In this document: positions 33,368 through 45,209 of the stretch, piece by piece
Position numbering within the stretch: the stretch's first letter is position 1
Layout: each line of letters begins with the position of its first letter
NCBI RefSeq assembly: GCF_032191835.1
Contig: NC_083239.1
Location: 40,114,001-40,178,000 of the forward strand
Origin: Heteronotia binoei
Taxonomy: Eukaryota
Direction of reading: 5' to 3'
Length of the DNA stretch: 64,000 bases
Position numbers and translations under genes: made by a program
The notes under the pieces: generated by a model
The model's input: only the letters and a program-made list of their open reading frames with translations
Told to the model about the DNA's origin: nothing
Databases searched by the model: none

Positions 33368-35506
33368 ATATCTAGTTGCAAGGAATATAAAGATTGGATC
33401 CAGGCGAAATTGCCCACTTACGGAAAGGCAGATGTAATATTCAACTTCCCCCCCTACTTGCTGCAGATCTCAGATTTGGTCCCCATGCAGTTCTCAAGAG
33501 GCCACTGCCCCCCGCCCTCTCCACCCCGAGAACAGCATTTCAGGGAGATCAGTGGGCTACAGTGGAAGAGCCAGAAAAGTTCTGTTTTGCTGCCTTCAGT
33601 TCATGAAAAATTTAGACCGGATCCACTGTCAAATATAAGAGCCTAAAAGACAGGTATGAGGGATAGTCACGGCCAACGTTTGTGGGAGCATTTAGGAAGT
33701 ACCCACACTTAGAACGATGTTCAGTTTTTCAGTCTAAGTTTCATGTAATATGACATCGTTAATGTCAACCTCACATTCTTATGTCAAAGACTGCATTATC
33801 ACAAACCTGCTCTGTCTTTACAAAGAATGAGCTAGAGCCTTGTGAGGAAAAGACAGGATTTTTGGGTTCCACTTAAAAGCCAACAGTCTTGAAAAAGGCA
33901 ACGAAACATTGCCAGGTAATGTGGGCACCAGCTAACATGGACTGGCTTTGTGTGGATGAACTTATTCTTTATACTAACAGCTCATTGAAACAATAGTGGA
34001 CTGAACGTGCAAGACTGTGAAGTGGGATAATTTGTTTGTTAAAGCGCCTGTGTGCAATCTGGATGAAAGAATTCATTACAGACTGTTTTCTCATGATTTT
34101 GGTTTACGAGTCAAAAGCAGACTCTTAATCTTTAAAAAGTGCCTGTGTGCATTCTGATTTATTTTTCTGCAGACTGTTCAAATTCTTTTTAGTGCAGCCT
34201 GTTTGGGAAAAGAGGTTATGTCAAAGTGCCTGCGTGCACTCTGGTGTTTCATATTGCAGTCTGTTTAAAGGTAGAAGCTCTGGAATATTAAAGTCCCTGT
34301 GTGCACATTTATATTTCTCATTTTAGATTATTTAGACGTAGAGTCTACTCAGAGGTAGAGGTTACAAGGTTTTTCCTATCACATTTTTTTCCCCTGTAAT
34401 AAATGTTTTGATAGTATAGTTTCACCCTGACGTTTCTTCTATTATAGTTTATCTTGTAACCTAACATGTATCTTGTAATTTAGCATGTAGAATGTAAGGG
34501 TCCAATCTTGCATTTATGTATCAGAAATTATGCTTGGGCTTAGAATCAGAAGACTAACAAACAGCACAACATACACAAAGAAAAAGAAACAAAAAAAGTC
34601 TAAAAATGACTATGGCGCTGCATCCTTGAAGACTCTGACCTGAGGGCTAATGCAAGTTTTCTATGTGCAGTTAGATGCAGCAAATGGACAATCCACATGG
34701 ATTATCTGGAGACCAGTCACCTCTGAAAGACTGAGCTTTACCAAGAGCCAGCCAGCAGATGCTTTTCCTGTAACCTTGCTGATAAGCCTTAGTTTTGCAT
34801 ATAGCCCTGTCACAATCCTAGGCCTAGAGAGGCCTCTAGGGAAGCCTGTACCAGAGTAGCTACAGGACCTATATCTCCCAGGATCCTTTCTGTCCCCCGG
34901 ACTGGGTGAAAGCAGTTTTGGAGGGAAAAGTGGCCCAGAGCAGTGTTCCCTCTAAACTGAGTGGGAGCTACCTCACAGTTTTTTTAGCCTCCAGCTCACA
35001 CATTTTTGTCTTAGCTCAGTAAAAACGGCCTCAGAGCAAACTAATTTAAGCAGTAGCTCACAACGTTAATGCCGCTAGCTCACAAAGTTGAATTTTTGCT
35101 CACAAGACTCCACAGCTTAGAGGGATGGGACCTGGGAAGAAAGCATAAAAAGGCTAAGCTACAGACAGGGTTTGTAGCCTCTGGAGAGGCTGCAGACAGA
35201 GAGGTTCTCTCTGGGAAATGCTGAGCTAGAGGCAGGCTGCAGCCAGAGAGGGATCCCTCATCCAAGGAGGGTGAGTTGGCTTGAAGTTAGAAGAAGGGAG
35301 TGCCTAGTTGGTTGCATCAGGGCTTTTATTTCTTTGTACCAATCTTTACTGTTTTTCCATATTCTCTGTTGCAATAAACAGTTTTTCAAACCACTTATTA
35401 TTTTTGAGCACTTACAATAAACCTGTTGTTATGGTTAAACTGCCTGGGTCCTCAACGTCTCTTCGGTCACAGATAAAAGGTTTTGCTAATAAGGATGATG
35501 GGTGGT

Positions 35507-35992
35507 CAGGGCCAGCCCTAGGGTGCCCTGCGCCCCAGGCAGTTGTTCCATGGTGCTCCATCTGTGGCGCCGCCCTGTGGCAGCGAGCCCTGCCGCCCCT
35601 TCCCTCTGCTCACCTGCTTATGCCACGCCCCCTCTCGCCCATCCCTCCTTGTGTTATTTGCGGCACTGTTTTTGGCACCATGCTCCAGTCCCCACCTCCC
35701 TGGCGCACTCACAGGAGTGTACCGGTCTCCTCATCCAGGCTGCTTTAACCCGGGCATTTCCGTAACACGTTGTCTTAAGAGAGAGCATGACGTGAAGCGC
35801 TCTCTCTTAAGAGAACGCTTTACAGAAATGCCCAGGTAAAAGCAGCCCAGGTAAGGGGAGCACACTGGAGGTGGTGGTGGCAAATTAGGCGTTTGGCTGG
35901 GGTACCGGGAAGGGGGGAAGTCCGATTTGGTGCCCCCTCCTCCTGCAGCCCTAGGCAAATGTCTAATTTGCCTAGTGGGTGAGCTGGCCCTG
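35507..35992. mobile_element. Non-autonomous hAT element containing an internal ~115-bp palindrome (35735-35851)
   Basis: TIRs cagggccagc / gctggccctg; perfect 8-bp TSD tgggtggt at 35499-35506 and 35993-36000. Confidence 0.75.
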
Positions 35993-38966
35993 TGGGTGGT
36001 TGAATGCTCTGGGCCCTCCTGTACAGATCCTTACCAGAGTGGTGGCAGCCATTGGAAGGCCCTTCCTGGTCTCCTGCTGTGTGACAGGCCCCAATAAAGA
36101 ACACTGATTGATTGATGGAGAACTGATCTCCAGGGTCTGTTTATTCCACTGCAATAAACCGGCAGCTACTACTATTAATTGTTTATTTTCTTCATTGTAC
36201 CTCCCCTTTCTCTCCATTGGGGATCCAAAGTGACCTGCATCCTCCTCCTCTCCTCCATTTTATCCTCACAACAGCCCTCACAACAGTGTGCGGACTCTTA
36301 TCTGGGAGAACTGGGTTTGATTTCCCCACTCCTCCACTTGCAGCTGCTGGAATGGCCTTGGGTCAGCCATAGCTATCACAGGAGTTGTCCTTGAAAGGGC
36401 AGTTTCTGTCAGAGCCTTCTCAGCCCCACCCACCTCACAGGGTGCCTGTTGTGGGGGGAGAAGATACAGAAGATTGTAAGCCGCTTTGATCGTAAGACTC
36501 TGATTCAGAGAGAAGGGCGGGGTATAAATCTGCAGTCTTCTTCTTCTTCTGAGGTGGGCGAGGCTGAGAGTCTATGAACACATGAAGCTGCCTTACACTG
36601 AATCAGAAAGGGCTTGAGCACAGGATAATGCCAGAATCCATCCTTCAAAAGAGCCATTTCCTCCAGAGAAACTGATGTCTGTAGACTGGAGGTCAGTTGT
36701 AATTCCAGAAGACCTCCACGCTGGCAACTTCACCCACCAGTGCCACCTTGATCATTCTGTCTTCTAAATGCCAAGCATTTTGATCACAGGCCTGCTTCTT
36801 CTTCTTCCTCTTCTAATTTTTCAAGAACGTTTATTTAAACCATAAACAAATAAAGCAGTTTCAAATACGTCAACATGTAACAATTATGTGGAAAAAACAA
36901 TCTTATAGATAATAACCTAAGCCACAATTACTCAAAACAAATATATATAATTAAAAAGAAAAAACAAGAAACAATCCTGCACATTATTCAAAGAAGTAAT
37001 AACAAAATGCATTACATTACTGAAGCTCAGTAGAAAACAAAGTCCAAATATTTTTGAGGCAGTTTACACTTCTGTTACGCAATTGGTACACTCAAAATGT
37101 TCCTAACCATAAATTGAAAATTACTTCTCTTTTTCTAATGGCAGCTAAATTATTATTGGCTCTATCTTGGAAATCAAATTCTATTCCTTCAGTTCAACAA
37201 TGGTACTCTAAACCAGGGGTCCTCAAATTTTTTAAATAGGGGGCCAGTTCACTGTCCCTCAGACTGTTGGAGGGCCAGACTGTTGTGGTGGCTGCCGTTA
37301 CTGTACAAGGCCGTGAGCCGTCAGTTCTCCGTCTTCTGCATCTCTCTCCCTTCCCCACACCACACACCCCGGACTGGGAACTCACCTCACCTTGGTATCG
37401 CCTCACACTCTGTCTCCACCGCCTCAGCCCAGTGCTGGAAGTGTGCGTTGCTAACGCGAGTTTAGGTCGAATGTCACCTCCGGTCTGATTTTGCCATAAC
37501 CCGGCGGGCCGCATAAACGTCCTCAGCGGGCCGCATCTGGCCCGCGGGCCGTAGTTTGAGGACCCCTGCTCTAAACTATGGGACATTGCAGCAATGGATA
37601 AAATTGCTTCTTATCTAGTTCAGGTCGAATCATTAAGTGGTAATAATTATTTCTTCGAAAAATGGTTTCGTTTTTTTGAATTTGTACAATCTATTCAAGA
37701 GACCGGCTTCTTAGCCACACCACCTTATATGGCTACCTGGCAGTGCCAGCATCAGCACTGGGTGAGGTGAAGTGTGTGCTGAGGGTTAGCCCTGCTGTGA
37801 AATAACCAGTTTTTTTCCTCAAAATTTGCACACTTCAGTAAAGGGGAGAATGCAAACGTTGGATTTACAATGTTGGATTACCTTAGGAAGCACACTCTCG
37901 ACAAAGTGCCAAACCCCACCCTCTCCTGGATCCACACCCTAAGTCTCCAGGTATTTTCCCACACAGACTGGAAACCCTAACAGAGGCTGAACAGTGCATT
38001 AGCATGTAACATGATTGCTTTATGATATGCGGAGACAAAAAGGGAATAATAACTTAAGTTTATATGGTCAATAGTTGTTTAATTAGGGGGAGCAACAGTG
38101 AAGCAATAAATATGTCACATTAGGAGATAAATGTGTAAAAGTATCCTTTCTAATTGTGGGAAGTTAACTGAGGCTCTGTTGCTATGTTTCATTTGTCTCC
38201 TCTCAAGCATGGAAGTAACAAACAGCATTTTTTTCTTTGTTAAGGTGGGGTGCAGTATCATGTCAGAGAAATACATTTCAATTTTCATTGCATTACATTA
38301 CAGTCACTATACCGATATACTGTTCTTTCAAGGTGTTATGTCAGAGCAATCTATTCCAATATATTGCATTGCATTACAATCATTATTCCAATGCACTATT
38401 AAAAACACACACACACACACACACATAAAAATACAGAGGGTGTATAGCTCTTCTTGGTGAGAATAAGTTTAGCTTATGTAATGAAAAAAGAAACCAATAT
38501 CCTTGTTAAGCCCTGGAGGGTGTTTGTTCCAAGTGTTGTAATAACTTGTAATCCAGCAATTTCCTTTTCCATTCTGCTCCTGAAGTTGCTCTGCAATTAA
38601 ACAGCTACTTTGAGGCCACCTAGTGAATTTCCCTGTTCAGTCCTGAGGAAGTATTTGTTCCAAGTTTCATAATAATTTGTAATTCAGCAATTTCTCTCTC
38701 CATTCTGTTCTTGACGTTCCTTTGCAGTAAAACAGCTACTCTGAGGTCACCCACTGAATGCTTTGGAAGGTTAAAGTGTTCCGTCACAGGTTTCTCAGTC
38801 TTGTGATTCCTGATGTCAGATTTGTGTCCATTTATCCTTTGGTGCAGAGTTTGACCTGTTTGCCCTATGTAGAGAATTTAAGGGCATTGTTGACATTTAA
38901 TGGCATATATGATGTTAGAAGATGAGCAAGTAAATGAGCCTGAGGTGGTGAAGTTGATATTGTTAC

Positions 38967-40301
38967 TGACAGTGTCCTATTCCTTTAAGGAAAATTGGAA
39001 CTGTCGGGGGTTGAGTCATCCTTGACTACAGGTGGTACATTGTCATCAGGTGTAAGCCACTTAACCAATTTGTAATGTGATTGGCTAAGACCACTAGAAA
39101 TGCAGTAGCCAGCTACCAGTTCAGTGTGGGATAGGAAAGAAGGAGACCAGCGTGGCATACTGCTTGGATGGATATTGAATTGATGACTTTGGACCGTGTA
39201 TTGACTATTCTATTGGACTCTGTATTTGTACCTCTGCCTGTCTCTACTTGTGTGTAAGTATATGACTATTGGACTGCCTATTGACTCTGTTACCTAGGGT
39301 TACCAAGCCTCCCGCTCTTCCGGGGGCCCCCCGGATTAGACCCATCCTCCCCCGCTCTTTAAATATCTGGAAACGGGAGGCGGGGAGGGGGGGAACCGGC
39401 GCGTCTCTTCTCCTGCTTGTCTCCCTGGCAGGCTTTCTAATATCCCTTCCTCTGGGTCACAAAGACCCACCCACTGCCGGCCTGCTATTCGCTCCAGTCT
39501 GGCCTCCCTTCGTGAGATGCATGCTGGGACTCGTAGTCCTTTCGTCCTCTTTGGCTGCCGGGTGGCATCTCCTCCTCGGGGAGTCTGGCGGGGGTGGGGG
39601 GAGGGTCATGTGCGTTTCTACCTCGGGAGGCTTCAGTCGCTGATTGAAAGGCTTCCTCTTGGGATGGTGTGTCTGTGTTACTTTGAAGAAGTTGGCAGCA
39701 ACTCGTGAATAGAAAAGCCCATCCCCTTCAGAATCGCCAGAAATGGGGGGGGGGGGAGTCTGCTGAGCACTTCATTATTCCCTATGTGGAGATTCTCATA
39801 GGGTATAATGGGAAATTGATCTGGAGGTTTCGGGGGCTCTGGGGGAGCTGCTTTTTGAGGTAGAGGCACCAAATTTTTAGTATAGTATCTAGTGACTCTC
39901 CCCAAAGTATCCGCCAAGTTTCAAAACGATTGGACCAGGGGGTCCAATTCTATGAGCCCCAAAAGAAGGTGCCCCTATCCTTCATTATTTCCTATGGAAG
40001 GAAGACATTTAAAAAGGTGTGCGGTCCCTTTAAATGTGAAGGCCAGAACTCCCTTTGGAGTTCAATTATGCTTGTCACACCCTTGTTCCTGGCTCCGCCC
40101 CGATGTCTCCTGGCTCCACCCCCAAAGTCTCCTGGCTCCACCCCCAAAGTCCCCAGATATTTCTTGAATTGGACTTGGCAACCCTACTGTTACCTGCCTG
40201 AACCCAACACAGTTTGTTTAACCTGCTGTTTCGAGTGTCTTCCTTGGAACTCCTTCCTGTGACTGGTCTGCCCGGGGGACACTGCTTCTGCACCTCTGAC
40301 A
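38967..40301. mobile_element. Solo LTR (~435 bp after removing the nested MITE)
   Basis: Starts TG, ends CA, flanked by 5-bp TSD gttac (38962-38966, 40302-40306). Removing it restores PLE coding continuity. Confidence 0.65.
39295..40186 (-). mobile_element. Non-autonomous hAT element (TAGGGTTGCC family) with CpG-rich extra segment
   Basis: TIRs tagggttacca / tggcaacccta; perfect 8-bp TSD ctgttacc (39287-39294, 40187-40194). Confidence 0.8.
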
Positions 40302-40809
40302 GTTACGCCCAGTGACTGTGTTGTCTGGGAATATGTGGCAGCAAAGTTGGCATCTGGGTTTACTGCAAGCTCTGGTGCCAGTGTCCATGTTCAAATTAGA
40401 TGTTGCATTATTGTGGGTGAGGAGTGGTTTGATTTTTTTTTGGGAGGGGGGGGGCTGTTGTGCGCAAGAAAAGATTTGTTCCCCAGTGCTTGTGAAAGAA
40501 GAGCCCTGTTGTGCAGAGTGGTAAAGCTGCAGTACTGCAGTCCAAGCTGTCTGCTCACGACCTGAGCTCGATCCTTCCGAGGTCAGAAAAATGAATACCC
40601 AGCTTGCTGGAGGAAAAGTGTAGATGACTGGGGAAGGCAATGGCAAACCACCCCGTAAAAACGTCACCCCAGAAACGAGTGGTGCTTGCACAGGAGACTA
40701 CCTTTACCTTTTTACTCAATCCAAAGGCTCCTACCGGCTGGACTGATTCAGAGGCGGGTAGCCGGGTTGGGACGCCCCAGGCTGCAGTCTGCAGCTCTCC
40801 CGAGCTTTC

Positions 40810-40993
40810 TTCCTGGAAGGGCGGACCAATCAAGGGGGCGGAGCTCGAACTCTGACAAATACAAAAGTTACTTTCAGTTCTGCTGCCCTTTTGACTTTGG
40901 CTCTTCCTTATCGGGAAAAGGCAAAGCAGCTTTTGAAAGGGAGGAAGGAAAACACCGCGCCCCCCCCCCTCGAAACAGGCCTCCATCTCCTCG
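40810..40993 (+). promoter_or_regulatory. Candidate promoter and non-coding first exon of the G-domain-only IRG unit(s)
   Basis: GAS TTCCTGGAA 40810-40818, GC box 40819-40824, CCAAT 40826-40830, GC box 40835-40843, strong donor ctcg|gtgagt at 40994. Confidence 0.55.
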
Positions 40994-41579
40994 GTGAGTT
41001 TACAGACTCTGTTGATTCTTCAACCCCGTACAGGCAAACCATGATCCGGGTTGGTAAACTGGTCTCTCATTACTATTCTCCTCTCTGCCTCTCCGGTGTT
41101 TCTGCAGCTGCTGTTTAGGAATCAGAACGGACAGTTTCAAACACTTAAGTTTTCTTTTCAAATGTGGGCATAAGGCAGGTTTCTCCAAGGGTCACAAGGA
41201 CAATCCCTTTGAAATAATACATCGAAGAATAGTTGGGAGCACCAGTTTGGTGTGGTGGTTTAAGTGCGCGGACTCTAATCTGGGAGAACAGGGTTTGATT
41301 CCCCACTCCTTCACTTGCAGCTGCTGGAATGGCCTTGGGTCAGCCATATCTCTTGCAGAGTTGTCGTTGAAAGGGCAGCTTCTGTCAGAGCTCTCTCAGC
41401 CCCACCCACCTCACAGGGTGCCCGTCGTGTGGGAGGAAGGTAAAGGAGATTGTAAGCCACTCTGAGATTTGGAGTGGAGGGCTACATATTATTCCAATAT
41501 CATCTGCCTTTGAAGAGAGGGTTGCAGAGTAATGTGTCAGGTTCTGCCGTCTGATTATGTATTTCAAGAGCATTTCTTA

Positions 41580-41885
41580 TAGGAAAGGAAAGGTCCCCTG
41601 TGCAAGCACCAGTCGTTTCCGACTCTGGGGTGATGTTGCTTTCACAACGTTTTCATGGCAGACTTTTTACAGGGTGGTTTGCCATTGCCTTCCTCAGTCT
41701 TTTACACTTTCCCCCCAGCAAGCTGGGTAGTCCTTTTACTGACCTCAGAAGGATGGAAGGATGAGTCAACCTTGGGCTGGCTACCTGAATCCAGCTTCCG
41801 CTGGAATCAAACTCAGGTCGTGAGCAGAGAGTTCAGACCACAGTACTGCAGTACTGCTGCTTTACCGCTCTGCGCCACGGGGCCA
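41580..41885 (-). mobile_element. Sauria SINE
   Basis: Full-length reverse-complement copy. Confidence 0.8.
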
Positions 41886-42384
41886 TTTAACAAGTGGCTT
41901 ATAAAACTATGAAGGCAAAAGCCTAGCAATACCTTAAAGACTAACAATATTTATTCCAATATGAGCTTCCATGAGCCTGATGAAGTTTGGAAATAGATGA
42001 CAAAGGTGTGTGTGTGTGTGTGTGGGGGGGGGTCTTCATGATAGAAGTTTATAAAATTATGCCTGGGGTAGAGAAGCCTGGTCTCTCTAGGAGGCCTCCT
42101 CAGAATTGCTGCTTCCAGACCAGAGGGAAGGAGGAAGAGACTAGGCCCAAAACCTTCTTTCAGTTTGACAGCCTCTTCCTGCCAACTCACAGATAACCAT
42201 AGCCTAAAATGGCGTTTCTCCACAGGGGGTAAGAAGGAAAGAGCACAACAAGATTTAGGGGTTCTGGAGCTCCGCTCCTGTGAGCTCCTGCCCAAACTGA
42301 GGCCTGGTCTGAGGAAAATGACATCTGAATATTAAGTAGCAGCCAGAGAACAGTCACAATCTTTGTTTGTTTTTTTCAGATTAG

Positions 42385-43083
42385 CAGAATGATCTGGAAC
42401 AGTTATGGGTGGTCAGAGCGCAACTGAACAGACTGAATGCTTTTGGAAAAACCACACTTGACATTGCTGTCACAGGAGTATGGGGTGCTGGTAAATCATC
42501 CCTCATCAGTGCCTTGGGGAGTCTGTCAGATTTTGATGAGGGGGCAGCTGAAACTGAGGTGACACAAACTACAATGGAGCCAATGTGTTACCCACACCCC
42601 ACTTTTCCAGATGTAAGAATATGGGACCTACCAGGAATTGGAACCCCTGGGTTTGAAGAAAAGGAATACCTAGAAAGGATAAAGGACAGCCAATATGATT
42701 TTTTCATCCTTGTGGCTTGTCATTGCTTCACCACCTATGACATCCAGTTGTCCCATACAATCCGGGAAATGGGGAAACGGTTCTACTATGTGTGGTCCAA
42801 AATGGACGTTAGCATTAGGAATGAAAAACGGAAACCAGACTTCAGTGAGGAAGTGACCCTTCAAAAAGCCAGGAAATATTGCCTCTATCACTTGAAGAGG
42901 GCTGGTATTTCTTCTCCGGTGATTTTCCTCATATCCATTTGGTATCAGGATAAGTATGATTTCCCTCTCCTGAAGAGAGCCTTAGAGAATGAAATCAATG
43001 AACTCAGAAAATGTATCTTAAGAACAGCAGTTTTGCAAGATTCTGAAAAGAGAAGCCATGACAGGTATGTTGGGTTTAGTTAG
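42385..43083 (+). CDS. IRG G-domain-only unit A (exon or short gene; 5' end uncertain)
   Basis: Open frame 42385-43083 with G1 GVWGAGKS, DLPGIGT, YDFFIL, G4 WSKMD, IFLIS and DFPLL, then stops; no C-terminal helical domain. Acceptors at 42379, 42384 or 42387; donor acag|gtatgt at 43065 (phase 2). No in-frame ATG before G1. Confidence 0.6.
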   Translation, partial: QNDLEQLWVVRAQLNRLNAFGKTTLDIAVTGVWGAGKSSLISALGSLSDFDEGAAETEVTQTTMEPMCYPHPTFPDVRIWDLPGIGTPGFEEKEYLERIKDSQYDFFILVACHCFTTYDIQLSHTIREMGKRFYYVWSKMDVSIRNEKRKPDFSEEVTLQKARKYCLYHLKRAGISSPVIFLISIWYQDKYDFPLLKRALENEINELRKCILRTAVLQDSEKRSHDRYVGFS

Positions 43084-44479
43084 GGATTTAATACAGTGAT
43101 GTCGAACTCATGAGGGCCGGATCTGAGCTAAATTGTACTTTTTGAGGCTGGGCTATGCAGCCATGCATTACATAAAATGTAATGCCAGGTAGCAGAGATA
43201 TAAACTTTATAAAGGACTCAGACAAACTCTATCTATCTAACCGAAGAAGAAGAAATTGGATTTATATCCTGCCCTCTACTCTGAATCTCAGCGTGGTCAC
43301 AATCTCCACAACAGACACCCTGTGAGGTAGGTGGGGCTAAGAGAGCTTTTACAGCAGCTGCCCTTTCAAGGACAGCTCTTCAAGAGCTATGGCTGACTTA
43401 AGGGCATCCCAGCAGCTGCAAGTGGAGGAGTGGAGAATCAAGCAGAAACTAAAAATATAAAATGTTCTGAGCCTTGGAAAACATGAAATGGCTGGCCATT
43501 GCAAGCTTCCCCCACCACCACCCCGATCTACTCAGATTGGCAATGGCTCTCCAGTGTAATATTTCCCTTTGGCTGTGGATTTGAATGGACTTGAGAACTG
43601 GTGCCTAGTGAGTACTCTAATGTGAGTACTCACTAGGCACCAGTTCTCAAGTCCATTCAGGAGAGACAAGCTGGCTCAAAGCATCCACCCTATTTGCAAG
43701 GACACAACTCCAGCAAGTAACAGCTTCAGCTGGCCATAGGAATGCTGGAAACTGAAACTGAGCTCCACTGAAACACATTGCAGCACAGACAAAGTTGCAA
43801 GGAAAATGTGGAATGGATTTTCTGTTAAGGTCTCTGGGCCCACATAGACTATCTATCTGGGCACAGAGACCTTAGTGGAAAATCCGTTCCAGATTTTCTG
43901 CATTTTTAGTGTTCATGAACACTGTGGAGAGGAACTTATTTTCCTGATTTTGGAGGGGGGGGGGTGTAAACAGTATGGCAGTTTGTTTTTCTTTAATTGC
44001 TTTTTTCAACACAATGGTATATCAATAAATCACTTATTAATTTGTCGTTCTAATAAGCCGTCATCTAGTAAGATTGTCTTCTGGCAAACTGTTTTGGTAG
44101 CAAGTTTCTTTCAAATAAGTAGGGTATAAATACTTTTATGAATAAAAATGAGGATGTATTTAATAGAATCATAGTGTTGGAAGGGACCTCCAGGGTCATC
44201 TAGTCCAACCCCCCTGCACAATGCAGGAAACTCACAAACACCTTCCCAGTTTTTATTGGGGTCCTTCTGATTATAAATTTAGTTTTAAAAACCTGAAAAA
44301 AATAAAAATGGGGAAGATGTAATACATCTGATAAGGCTGTGTTTTTCTATCCAGGGAGTTTTAAGCGAATTGACACCTCCCCCCTCCCCCAGCAGTTGAA
44401 TCCAGATTGTCAAAGTAAAATGCAGTGGGAGCACTCATTATATGGAGGAGTTATCACAATATTTGTATTTATTTTTCAG

Positions 44480-45209
44480 GTCAAGAAGACACATAGATGG
44501 GAAAAGTTTGATGCCAGTGGCTAGCAGGAAACCTGAAGAGAGGTCTACCGGGAAAGAAAGAAACCTCTCAGATCTGACTGCATCAAGAAAAAACACACTT
44601 GACATTGCCATCACAGGACTGACAGGTGCTGGCAAATCGTCCCTTGTCAACGCCCTGCGGGGTCTATCAGATTTTGATGAGGAAGCAGCCAAAACTGATG
44701 TGATAGAAGGAACAAAAGAGCCAATGGGTTACTCACATCCCGCCTTTCCAGATGTAACAATATGGGACCTGCCAGGAATTGGGACACCTAGTTTTAAAGC
44801 TGAGGAATACCTAGAAAGGGTAAATTACAGCCAATATGATTTCTTCATCATTGTCTCTTCGAATCGCTTCACTGTCTATGACATCCAGCTGTCCCATGCA
44901 ATTCGGAAAATGACAAAGCGGTTCTACTACGTGAGGTCCAAAATGGACCTCAGCATTGAGAATGAAAAACTGAAACCAGATTTCAATGAGGAAACAACCC
45001 TTCAGAAAGTCAGGAAATAATGTTTTGATAGTTTGGTGGAGGCTGGTATCTCTTCTCCACGTATCTTCCTTGTCTCTAGTTGGTATTGGGAGAAGTATGA
45101 TTTTCTATTCCTGCAAAGAGCCTTAGAGGATGAACTTGAGGCTCTGAGGAGACGTATTTTAGGACCCAGATTGAGAAAAGGAGATGACCAGTACGTTGGG
45201 TTGAATTGA
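44480..45209 (+). pseudogene. IRG G-domain-only unit B with in-frame TAA at 45018-45020
   Basis: Acceptor atttttcag| (phase 2), ATG 44511, G1 GLTGAGKS, DLPGIGT, RSKMD. The frame continues after TAA (CFDSLVEAGISSPRIFLVSSWYWEKYDFLFLQRALEDE...DQYVGLN*), colinear with unit A. Confidence 0.7.

Larger units (their letters stand above)
38480..40445 (-). mobile_element. Neptune-type Penelope-like element 3' fragment (Zn-finger linker + GIY-YIG), interrupted
   Basis: Minus strand: KPLLTHNNATSNLNMDTGTRACSKPRCQLCCHIFPDNTVTG | NNINFTTSGSFTCSSSNIIYAIKCQQC...YIGQTGQTLHQRINGHKSDIRN. The C-terminal part is tandemly duplicated (~38520-38760). Confidence 0.75.

Noticed and set aside
34490-35472. Possible solo LTR (TATA-like gcataaaaa, AATAAA, ends in ggtcaca)
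   Set aside because: Could not find a matching TG start with a TSD; left uncalled.
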